From NCBI GenBank assembly GCA_025786725.1, contig JAHLTZ010000015.1, forward strand, positions 248,001-312,000: a stretch of 64,000 nt of DNA, given 5' to 3'. The position numbers and the translations under genes were made by a program. Of this stretch, positions 42,573-57,861 are shown piece after piece; positions within the stretch are counted from its first letter, which is position 1, and each line of letters begins with the position of its first letter. The notes below the pieces were generated by a model. The model worked only from the letters and a program-made list of their open reading frames with translations, made no database searches and had not been told where the DNA came from. Source of the stretch: Syncephalis fuscata S228. Lineage: Eukaryota; Fungi; Zoopagomycota.

Positions 42573-43724
42573 ATGTCCCACACGTCATCGCCTTCTTTGT
42601 TGCCTTTTAATAGCCGTACAAACACAGAATCGGTTGTCTCTTCGTCAGCATCTCCTCTTCTTTCTCATGGTTCCTTGTCGTTTCATTCAGAATATACAAT
42701 GTTAAAAAGTCCACCCCATGATAATAATGAGACTACCACTGACCATAGTAGATCGTTGTCAGATCCTGTGGGACCTGTATTGCCCACATGGAATACGTTA
42801 AATAGCCTGCTTCTATTACAAGCTATTTATCATTATGGTGACGATCGGTGGCCAACAGTGTCTCGTGTATTGCGACAACACCGTCTAGTTACACATCCTG
42901 AAGGATTGACACCCAAGGTAATTAAATAGAGAATTTATTGATCAGTTTTGTATATATGAATATTATATGAATATTATATGGCTATTCTTGTATTTTTATT
43001 AATATTAATATTATAATAAATATTATTATAGAATTGTGAAAAGCAATATAAACAATTGATTACTGAACTTGAAGAAGAACGGTAAGTAGGGTATATATAT
43101 ATATTTTATTTATATATCTATATCTATATCTATATCTATATCTATATCTATATATATCTATTAGTAAGAGTCGTCCGGATGAATTGCCAAGTACCAGTGG
43201 TGCACGCGGTAAGATCATTATACTATATTGAATAGAACAAGGGGCGATATTAGTATACATATACTGACCCATCAACGTTATATAGATATGCCTGCAGTAA
43301 TGAAACTAGCGGGTAGATTCCATGCTTTAAGAGTAGAAGAATTAAAGCGATGTATTAAAGAAGATGAAGATCGTATTCGGTAAGATATTTATATTTGTAT
43401 ATAGTATACAACTCAATAAATAATAAATAGTACACTGGTTGAAGAAATCCATCAAATACGTACTGGTCAATGGGATGAACATTTATTAAAGAATTCAGAC
43501 AAAGTATTAGCTGCTATTGCTACTACTACAAGTAATACAAGTAATACAATCAAGTCTACAGGAACAACAGATGATATGGAAGTTGATGAGACAACAATAG
43601 AGATTTAGTATCTACAAATAATGATAACCAAAAGATGTCAACACAAGAGGATAGAGATAAAGATAGGATAGTGGAAAAGGTGATTATTATATACAATATC
43701 TTTTATTAACTAGATAACTAAATA

Positions 43725-43755
<31 letters not shown>

Positions 43756-45105
43756 CAACAACAACAAAGTCAACTGATATGAATGTAGTATCTACTCAAG
43801 ATGAACCATCTACAGGAATGTCATTACGAGATAGACGAGATTCTATAAGCAAGCATACATCGACTATGGATAGTCAATCATTAAATATGCCATCTGACAT
43901 GGATATTGATCAAATATCAAGTAAAAGTCCTGATTCAACTCTTGAATTAACTGATGTGGCACCGGCACCAATGATAACACGATCACATAGTGCTCGTAGT
44001 ACGGAGAGTAACCAGGAACCGGTGTTGGTCAGTCAACTTTATTCTGACAATACCGCAATGATGGATGTTAAACCGATCTCTGACGATAAAAGTATGAAAT
44101 CAGCGGATACAACGATGAATACAATTGATATCGATACAAAATCATCTATAAAGAAGAGACCAGGACCAGTAGAAGCGAATAACGAAATGAGAAATATTAA
44201 GCGAGAATCAATGGAACCGGTCATTAATGAATTATCCCATCCATGTAAGTAGTAAATGTACTTAAATAGACTGATCTAATAACTACTTGTTAATTAGTAC
44301 GCTCTGCATCACCAACTGCAGAAATGGATATCAATGCATCTATGCTAGGTAATATAGTTGTATATTTATACAGATAATATAACATTGTATTGATTAATAT
44401 ATTTATATTGTTTATAGAAATAGAAACAGGCACAGAATCAGAACGTGATCCAAGTCATTGGAGTAAAGCATCATCACCGGCTACTCGACCAGAACTATCG
44501 ACAGAAGAAGAAATTGAACGATTAAAGACATGGCGTAAATTAGTACTAATGATATGGCGTGACTTGGCCAATCATCGATATGCCTCGGTATTTGCCCAAC
44601 CTATTCGACGTCAACAAGCACCAGGTTATTACGATATTGTACGACGACCTATGGATCTAAATACTGTGCGTAAACGGATTCGGGATAATGTAGGTTTATT
44701 TAACATTTATGCAAGTGGAAACTAAATGCAAGTATATAGAAAATCAACACGACTGATGAATTCCATCACGATATGTTATTAATATTCCAGAATGCCTTAA
44801 TGTACAATCCTGTAGGCAGTGAAATCTATCAAATGGCTCTAGAAATGATGGAAGAAGTAGATCGAGCCATTGTGGCCTTTAGACAAACTGAATCATCTGC
44901 CTGGCAAGCAGGACATCGTCGACGTAAAAGTAGTGTGAATATTGATCATATTCCATTATCAGTAAAGTCAAGATCATCTTCACCGCCTCTTCATTCATCT
45001 CATCATGTTATGAGTGGTGCCAATACTACCAATTCATCTTCATCACCACAACCACAACCACCATCAACGACTACAACAATAACAACAACAACAACAACAA
45101 CTTGA
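42573..45105 (+). CDS. BRD8-like bromodomain protein with N-terminal SANT/Myb-like domain
   Basis: LLLLQAIYHYGDDRWPTVSRVL; RVEELKRCI..IRTGQWDE; bromodomain NHRYASVFAQP..APGYYDIVRRPMDL..LIFQNALMYN. Confidence 0.85.
43111..43160. repeat. (TATATC)n hexanucleotide intronic microsatellite
   Basis: tatatctatatctatatctatatctatatc in an intron of the bromodomain gene. Confidence 0.9.
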
Positions 45106-45150
45106 TGATCGTGAATGACATCATTATATTAATAATAAAATGTGTATTTT

Positions 45151-46312
45151 TTATAATTCATCATGATCATCATCAAATGTTTGTGTCTTTTTATCCTCGT
45201 TATCTGTTGTCGTCGTATTCTTGACAATACCGAAATAAACACCATTCTAAATATTAATTAGTAAAGTATATATATATATATATAACCATAACGATATATA
45301 TAATCTACTTACTTCAGTTTGCCATAATGTATTTGTATTTTGATCACCTACTGCTGATACTTCCATTTGACCACGAATTGGTGAACCGTAGATGTAATCC
45401 GATGAAGCCGATAAATAAGTAGAAGTATCGACATGTCGTAGATAAACAGGCAATTCTCTTGTCCATACATCGTTGTCATCTACCTTGGCTAGTAATAATT
45501 TGCCATCAGGAAGATCAGATGCACATTCAACCTGCCAATGGTCACCTAATTTAAATAAATAAATAAATAAATAGAAATTAATTAATTAATTAATTAATTA
45601 TTATTATTATAATAACATTGTTAATGTATATATGGTATATTTAGTATAACCACACTTTTTCTTTTCCACTTACCAACATCATTATCGGCAAATCCACTTA
45701 CTTCTTGTTGTCCAGAAAGCGGTGAAGTAAAGGTATGACTGTGTAGATGTTTACCGGTCATATAATGCATAAGACGAATAGTTTGACCACATTGTACTGG
45801 TTGTCTATTAGTTACATAGTATAATTAGATTGATATGACATGTAAAGCTGTTGTTGTTGTTGTTGTTGTTATTTAATCTATTAACAGAATAATAAACTGA
45901 CCCTCGTGTACAAGTAGCATCCAATGCTGGTTTTACTAGCCAGAAACAATCCTGGTCCGATTCAGTCTCTAGTGCGGTAACAATTTGTTGTCCACTTCCT
46001 TGTCCCTGTCCTATAATAATAGCCATAACCATAATAACCCTTTTTATGAATAAACTATATTACACCTATAACTTTCTACGTACCGTATTTTGCTTCTTGT
46101 GAATGTAATTGATACCGTGTTGCTCGATGAACAAGTCGAATAGTACTGCCACAGGTTACCGCTTCAAAACCTATTAGATGATGAGTATCGTTCTTATAAC
46201 GAACGTACTACTTACCAGGTTCCAGTGTAAAGTCGCTAGCTATAGCCGTATAATATGGCAAAACTATAGCCATAACGGCCAAACCCGCCTTTAATAATAG
46301 TGGATTCAGCAT
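45151..46312 (-). CDS. SDF2/SDF2L1-like ER-luminal MIR-domain protein
   Basis: Signal peptide; VTCGSTIRL, LHSQEAKYG, GSGQQIVTA, CGQTIRL..LHSH, SPLSGQQEVS and PIRGQMEVS; C-terminal HDEL* at 45151-45165. Confidence 0.93.
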
Positions 46313-46841
46313 AACACAGAATGTTGTAGCAAGAAGAGGAAATGTAAAACAAGGTACTAGAAAGAAATGACTAACTCGTCGAAGTTGATCGTGGTGGGAA
46401 ATAGTGAAGACGTGGGTATAGTGTGACTATAACTCATACTCTAAATGATTTGTTTAATACTATTATTAGTAAAATGCTTAATATAAACAGTTATTAATAT
46501 CTGTTAATAGTAATAACAATAATAAACAGTTATTAATCCATATCAGATGAAAATGTTCATGTGTTCATACGACTATTTCTTTAATTATCCACTCACGCAC
46601 TCTATCATTTGGCTTATTGCTGCTCTCCTTCTATTACCTACTGCTTACTGCTATCACTACTAAATATACGTATATTTGCAGACTATTCTACTGGTGTAGC
46701 GGTCATAGACATTGCTACAAACTTGTTGTTCCATAACCAACCAACCATCACTCTACTTTAAGCTACAGCAAAGGAGTCGTACTCATTCTCTACTCGGTTA
46801 TTGTTGTTACTTTACAAGGCAACTCACTGCTACGTCAAGCG

Positions 46842-50163
<3,322 letters not shown>

Positions 50164-52814
50164 TATGAAGCGTTGACTGGTATATCTATTTCTATCTATT
50201 AGATACTATTAATTTTATATATTCATCTATCTATCTATATATTGTTTGTTTGTTTGTTTGTTTGTTTGTTTGCATATTGTTGTTGATTTAATTGCGATAA
50301 TTATTATTATAATCTTTATTACTACAACTATTACTACAAATGTTTATTAATTGTTTAATTATTTATCTTTATTATTTTTCTAATGTATATATATATAGCA
50401 TTCTGCAAATATCGGCTTATCTTGCTCATTGAATCAATATGTAAAAGTCATTGGTTTTATTATAATTTGATGTAATTTGGTGGTCAATTGACTAGATTTA
50501 CTACGATTTGTTTTATTAAATACAAAACTGGTTGATTAGCTACACTAGTCATTAAAAATATAATACTTTGAATATGCTATAGCAGTAACAACAATATGTA
50601 TTCGCATTATTACAATATAATTTATTTATCTATTAATTATACTATAATAATAAACAATTATATATATATTATTATATATACTAATATATAGCATATAAAT
50701 AAATTACAATAATGATATTATTTAATATCAAAAACTACTTATTATTATAGAATATATTGTCAGTAAATAGTGAATATTTTATTGTAAATAACATAGAAAT
50801 ATTATTTGTAATATTATTAACGCATCGGATATTGAAAGCAATGCGGACTGGCTTATCTCCGCCTAATTAAGCGGAATTGGCATAATGCCGCCTCAGCAAA
50901 TTACACCCTCTCAGTAGTAAAAACTGGTAACGGTATATTATTCAAAATAAGTTATGACCTACTAGCTTACACAAAGCATGAGTAGGCATAGAAAGAACAT
51001 AGCAAGTTTTAAAGCAAGGCCAATAGTAATATGAATTCATGCCAGATGTTAACTGTGGCGCTGTTAGCAAAGCAGGACACATAATAGTGATCACCTGATG
51101 GGTTGGCTGTTAGTAATAATATGTAAAGTACAATTGTAATGAATAGGACTAAACCGACAAAACCATCCATCAATAATACTAGTTTATTATGGCTTACCAA
51201 CATTTATTATAGTGTGATTTAAAATAACAACGAGTCGTTAACTTGGATCAGCCCATTGTTTATGCAACAAAAGGCCAGATTAAACCTAGACCAAGTGCAT
51301 TTGATTGTTGCGAGGCCTTAATGACTTGGTTCCAGCACCAAGGTTATTGTAAATAGTCATTAATAATGTCTTACAGTAATTAAATATATAGTAAAACATA
51401 TGTTAATTATTACCGGTTATTAAATACAGATCATTTAAAAGAGCGTTGCAATTATTGTCGACACCGCTATCTAAGATCCATCATTTATTTTCTATCTCAA
51501 ATTATGTTTACGCTTTTATCACACCCACTCCTCGTATAATTACCCCTTTTTTCTCTTTCTTTCTTTCACTTTTACGTCTCTTCCTTGCTTACTACCGACT
51601 TGGTTGCCGACAACGTCCTCCTTGTTTTCAGCGTGTCGCGTCTGCTATTGTTCTTTCTCTGCGTTGTCTATTGCTAGCTGACTGCGTTTTAGTTGTTGTT
51701 GTCATACTTGCCAAAGATTCATTGTGCGTACATTCGCCTATTCTTTGGCGCTATAGTATCTAAGATCGTAGCTGTCTTGCGAATACTATTGCTGTGGTCG
51801 CAGTAGTTATCATTATTGCTACACTACGCTTTAGTCTTTATACTTTCTTGTGACACTTTGTATCAAAGTATACGATATACGTCAAACACCTTTTCATCTT
51901 GTTGTGTGGTGCCTTTCTACTACAACGTTAAAGCCCTATTTTTAGTCCGAGTCTGCCATCCAATGCTATTTGTCTGGCATATCTGCCTTACTCCGCTGTC
52001 GTTTGTCAACTCTCCTCGCCTCGTTAACAGCGGCGCGGGTCAACCACGATTGCTACTTTGCTACCGCTCTGCTGTCTGTGCTGAGTCCTTTGGTGGTATT
52101 TGCTTTGGTTAATTCTGTGTGTATTGCTTATAAAGCGCTGTGCACACATCATAAAACAAAAAGGTAAGGTGTTAAAACGGCGGTTATCAATCTATATCTT
52201 TTTTAGTACAATTTGCTACACTATTGCTTAGCGATTGCAACCACGGTAATATGTGTTTATTGTTTTGGGAACGTTGTTTTAATAACTTGGTATGGGTCTA
52301 CATTCTCACATGAAACAACATCCATGTACATCGTGTTTATCAAACGAAACGAATATACCTCGTGTAACATTAAATCGTCTGTGGGTATCGTCTCTACATT
52401 AAAAAAAGTATTAATACAAGGCGCAACTAGTCCATAATAAGCGATGTTTTATCCACGACCATCTCCTACTTCATGACACGTTTCGACTAATATTGTGTTA
52501 CCACAATTATTTATACTGACCATTTGATGATTGCTTTAGATTCATTGATATTCATTGAACAATTGTGTGCCTCTGTGTCCTGTGTTACTGCGTGTGTGTC
52601 GAATCAAGTCCACCAATAGCAACAACAACACCTTAACGGTAATCTATAAAAGCCACCAGCACCATAAAAATAGCCATAGAACACTACAGCGCAAGTCTTT
52701 TAAAATTTAAAGATATCCATCGCTTTTACTTTTACCATACTTGACATCTCTCATTTAAGCTGCATCTATTTTTAACCTTTATCATTTCTTTTTATATTCA
52801 TACAACTATTCAGT

Positions 52815-53864
52815 ATGGTTTCTCTTGTCTCGCATCGAAGTGCCGCAGTAGATGCCGCATCGATGGTTATGGCGGCAGCTGCCTCGTCAGCAAAGACCAT
52901 GAACGCTATAAGGTCTTTCCAGGGTAAATCCCTACACATGTCGCTGGCTACACCGGCTTTGATTGAATTTGGTGATCTACGCTTTTACATCGTAGATTGT
53001 CCAACAGAATCGACATTGCCCATTTATTTACGGGTAAGTTGATCATATTCAATTGATGATTATCTAACCTATATTATTATTGCTGTTGTTGTTATTATTG
53101 CTATTAGAAATTCATGGAACTCAATGTCAATCATGTTGTGGTAAGTGTTACTAAAACAAGTTTCTTACCTATGTTCTAATATTAAACGTTCTTTTTTGGC
53201 TTCTCATGTCTATATAGCGCGTATGTGACTCGACTTATAACGCACGTCGCCTTGAATCGGCAGGTATTCATGTTCATGTAAGTCGGGCATCTGACTTTGA
53301 TAATAATGTATCTAATCTGTTTTATCTTGTTCTATTAATTATTAATAGGATTGGGCATTTGAAGATGGTGGCTTGGTAAGTAATTACTATGTATATAGTG
53401 ATATCAAATGACTAATTATTAATTAATTAATTAATATATTGTTTATTATTATGCAGCCTCCATTAGCTATTACTAGACAATGGCTTGCTCTAATGAACAA
53501 CATCAAGCTGAAGTACTCGATGCACGCGCCACGGGTGCTCCATTACCCGCCATCGCAGTACATTGTGTAGCAGGCCTAGGCAGGGCGCCTGTGTTTGTGT
53601 CCAGTAAGTCGTCATTAATCTACTTATTTGAAACAATGCTAATCATAGGCCATACGTTTATTACTATATGTCTTTTAACCCACATTAATAGTTGCACTTA
53701 TTGAACATGGCATGGATCCATTAGATGCTATTGATCATGTGCGACAATGCCGTCGTGGTGCACTTAACAGTCGTCAAGTTGATTTCTTGGCACGCTACAA
53801 GAAATTACGCCGTAGTGCATTCCGCGAACGAGTCCGTCGTCTACTCCGTCTCAATACACGTTGA
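52815..53864 (+). CDS. PRL (PTP4A)-type protein tyrosine phosphatase
   Basis: Six small exons: FYIVDCPT, VVRVCDSTY, GIHVHDWAFEDGG, IAVHCVAGLGRAPV, ALIEHGMDPLDAI, RRGALNSRQ. Probable 5'UTR intron at 52164-52539. Confidence 0.93.
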
Positions 53865-54494
53865 CTCTATGGATCGTCTCAGCGTCTCTACTATCGTTGT
53901 CATTATTGCTGTTCTCGTTGTTCTCGTTGTTGTTCCCACTATGATCAATATGATGCGCAACAAACCATTCTATTAAGAAATATTGACTACGCTCCAAAAA
54001 CCATGGCTTAAACTTAAACGGTATGGCATATCCTCTTCTACTTACCGTCTATATACATGCATCTTTCCCCTATCATTACTCAGACCAGCCAATATTTGTA
54101 ATTCTATGGTTTATATAAATAGATAGGATAACTATGTAAACTGATTACTTATATGTTATGGTTAACAAAAATATTATAATGGTGTTAGCTATCTATCCAC
54201 TAATATCAAACAAAAACATTAAATTTCTTATTTTATTTTTCAAAATCATTTTTATCTTTCTATTTTACTCTTTTTGCATTGCGAATCATGTATGTGTGTG
54301 TTAGTATATATATATATTCTACTCTTTATTTAACTCTATTTATATATATATATATATATATACGCACACATACATATCAATTTCCTCTTTCTCTTCTTTC
54401 ATCTTTTTATAATAATACCATCAGCTATTGTTTATTAAAATAATAAATGTGCGTTAAACCGAATAACTAGACTATAAATTACAAATAACAACAA

Positions 54495-56947
54495 CTATTT
54501 AACAGTGGGCCAACATGGCGTTTGAGTCGATATACTACGTAATAGATCATCAAGTGTAATTGTCGTATTTGATATGGATTTATCTGTACGATTCATCTGA
54601 CTCGTCGATGATCTACGACGACTATGATTTGAAGTTGTTTGAGTATCGATAACAATGATCGTCTGTGGATCATGACTATTAGTACAAATCTTACCACCAG
54701 ACATGCATATTAATTCACGAATATCAGGATTTGGTTTTGTTTTTAGTTGAAATTGTGCACCAGTAAATAATCGAGGTTTCTATTATTTAATACTATTGAT
54801 TAGCTGATTGATATACAAGTATTGCTAATTACCTGAGCACTCTCACGAAGTCGACTTTGACGTGGTGCATGGCATTTACCAACGGCAGAGTCACCTACTA
54901 CTTCGTATTTACTTGGATCTATCCAGTGGCCAGCTTCAGCACTTGCTACTATCCCTATAAGCAAAAAATTAAATATTTAACTGAATCAACACTAATTAAT
55001 GGCTATTTACACTTAATATCAACAATCCATCGACCTGCTAGTAACCCAGCCATATATTTGGCGGTACGTGGTGCAATTCGTTTCGTATCTGCAGGTACTA
55101 CAACATGAGTGACGTGCGGATTAAATTCTTCTACCATTCTAAATGAAAGTTGTTTAACAGTGGCCGATCTCATTATATCCTACAAGTAAACAAGTAAATG
55201 AATAAGCTTAGTATCTAGATTAGTTTGTTTACAGCCATATTATCTTACTCGTTCATTGCTTTTTAATCCAGTAATTAGAATGCATGGTGATGGTTCAGCC
55301 ATAGGTTCTTCAGAAGCAATACGTCGTACGGACCTCTTTTCTATAGAAGTCATAGATGGCGGTGTTTTACACACGCCTGGTTTACGACCTCGTTTATTTT
55401 TCTTTTCATGAGTATCGTCCAATTCTATCGCTGTAGCATTTTCTTTTAATATTTTGATTCTAATTTATCATTTGTTTTCAGCATAGTTGGTGTTTCTACT
55501 GTTAATGGTTGATTAAGTGGTGCTTTGCCTCGTGGACTTGTACACATACGACACTGTCGACGTTTTGATGTATTTAGAAATGTACACACTGAACAGGCCC
55601 ATCCCATGGGTGTATCAGTCGAGTTGCCTGCATCCATGACTGGTGACTGTATGGTTGGACATGGTGTCGACTATTTAATCAACGTCATCATTAGTAATAT
55701 TAGTAATATGATTACAATAGTAATATAGAATAGATGTAATTACCGGTGCTGATTGTCTCTGTTTAGTACCAAATAGCTTAAGACAAGTGTCGTCATAGCC
55801 TGAATAGTTTGCCGGTGAATAGTAATTATCCATGCAACGTTTTCTTAACGATACACGCGGTGTCTCTTCTACGTTCTATTTCTACTGTTAGTATTAAATG
55901 GCTAGTATTTCTATGCTACTTACGGTGTAAGGAGTTTTGTTTAATTTGTTTTTAGCAGAATTACGCTTTGCAGATTCATTAACTTGTTGTATTGAATTCT
56001 TATCGTCCAGTGTCTAGTATTAATAAGTATTTAACTTATATATATATATTCTTACCTTATCCATTATTTCACTAGTTGTAGTGCATTCCATCGGTGTAAA
56101 TGCTTGATCGGTAATTTCTATGGTCTCTTTTATAGATTTGTCATTATTTTTACTAGATGGACACTACAATAATTAAAACTACAATTAGTTGCTATTGAAT
56201 TGAATTTACATTTACATACTTTGTTTTTGATATGTGTCTCAATACGCATTTTGCCCTTGATGTCATTTAAATCATCGGTTATTTGTACATTTTTGTGAAA
56301 TAAATCTGCACTTTTCCGCCGTTTATCAACTCGATCTACTGATTTAGTATTATCGGCTGATGTATGTGCACGTTTAGTTGCTCCTACAGATGAGCCTTCA
56401 ACTATTTTATCCAATGCTACATGCTCTTCTATTGCCGTGGTAGTAGGTATCTGTTCATGCATTGTCACGGCTGCCGATGCTGTTGTCGACTGTAGACTCA
56501 ACGAAAGAGGCCGTGTCGGTTCTGTCTTTGTTAATGACCGGATCTTTAATGCACAGGTAACAAGTACATCATGAGATAGATTTTTACGCAAATTGCCAAC
56601 ACGGGCCGGTAAATTACAAACCGGACACTTGCAATGAACACCCAGTGCTTCTTCTGCACACTCGCTATAATAATAACAATAACAAGACTAATGAGTCATC
56701 AGATACAAATACCAAATAATACTACTTACGCGCAAAAGTTATGACCACATTCCATGGCTGTATGAGTCTTGTTCAATAAACAATGACTAAATTGCATTAT
56801 TGTAGTTAGTATTCATTATGACACCAATGACGTATGCATACTGTAGTTAGTATTCACTTACCAGATAGGACATTGTAAAAGTCGTTCAAAGTTGGACAAG
56901 GCACGCGTAAAACGCTTCGATACTTTAGGTGTGGTAGTGGTGGCCAT
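54495..56947 (-). CDS. BRCA1/BARD1-like protein: RING + RanBP2/NZF zinc finger + BRCT repeats
   Basis: RING LLQCPIC..CGHNFC..C..CPVC; NZF WACSVCTFLN..CRMC; BRCT LITGL..VTHVVV..PRTAKYMAGLLAGRWIV..WI..YEVVGD..PRQSR..PRLFTG. Confidence 0.85.
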
Positions 56948-57183
56948 TGTATTGAATAGACAAGCACAAGCAATAAAGTGGGTTAAAGGGAAAAAATGGA
57001 AAACAATGGTGTGCTCGTGAGCAGTGAAAAGTGTATAAAACGCGTCTTTTATTAATAATCCCAAATCAATATAAATACACTTCTATTAACACTTGTTTAT
57101 ACGTTCTACATCATCCTTGTCTCTTTCTCTACTTGTACCATATAGAATATTACGCCTAACAATAGACCGATATACAGGTAAGC

Positions 57184-57245
57184 ATCCATCCATCCATCCA
57201 TCCGTTGATGTATCTATCCATTTATCCATCCATCCATCCATTCAT
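57184..57245. repeat. (CATC)n tetranucleotide microsatellite
   Basis: catccatccatccatcc...atccatccatccatcca. Confidence 0.85.
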
Positions 57246-57316
57246 CTATGTAGTTGTGTATATACATATACTGTATGCATAATGGCTGGTTGGCTGATGG
57301 CTACAATATTCGCTTT

Positions 57317-57419
57317 GATATGATGAGTGTATTGGATGTCACTACCGCCGACTGTAATATTCCTCGCAAGGGAGTATTACCTGTGGAAACTAAACAACCT
57401 ACTGCCTTCCTTCTGATCT
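57317..57419 (+). ncRNA. Box C/D snoRNA, snR52/SNORD83-type 18S guide plus a second D' guide
   Basis: Box C ATGATGA 57320-26 and box D CTGA 57413-16. Box D is preceded by CTGCCTTCCTT, antisense to 18S AAGGAAGGCAG. D' CCGA 57348-51 is preceded by TGTCACTACC, antisense to 18S GGUAGUGACA. Internal 10-bp GCAA-capped hairpin. Confidence 0.88.
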
Positions 57420-57861
57420 ATTTGATATTGTTGTTTAAACGATTATATTTGCGTATTTTACTAATAGATATGTATACTAATATATTGTTTATGATACTTT
57501 AGGTAAATTCTAAAACAAGACATGGACTATTTGTATAATAAATAATAGATAATAAATACGTTAATTATATATATATATATATGTCATATGCTGTAGTTTA
57601 ATATGTTTTGATCGTGTTATAATGATATAATCATTGTTATATTGCTATTGTTACGTATACACTTTTATTAGTATAAATGTCTATTGACTTTTAATTAATA
57701 AATAAAGTGCGATGAAATGAAAGAGAATTCACCAACACGCTTCTTTACCAGATCCCATATATTTATCACGCAATAACCGTAGCCAATTAGTCATTACAAT
57801 AGTATTCGGTGAGCAACCGACCTTTTACTGTTGTTGTTGTTACTGTTGCCGTTTAGTTAGA

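Larger units (their letters stand above)
57070..57530 (+). ncRNA. Putative spliced non-coding snoRNA host transcript
   Basis: TATAAATA at 57070, donor CAG|GTAAGC at 57178, branch TACTAAT ~57475 and acceptor TTTAG ending at 57502. No credible ORF. The intron contains a C/D snoRNA. Confidence 0.6.

Noticed and set aside
51241-51320. Short frame TWISPLFMQQK resembling a retroelement RT motif
   Set aside because: It is too short, with no other RT motifs, LTRs or target-site duplications.
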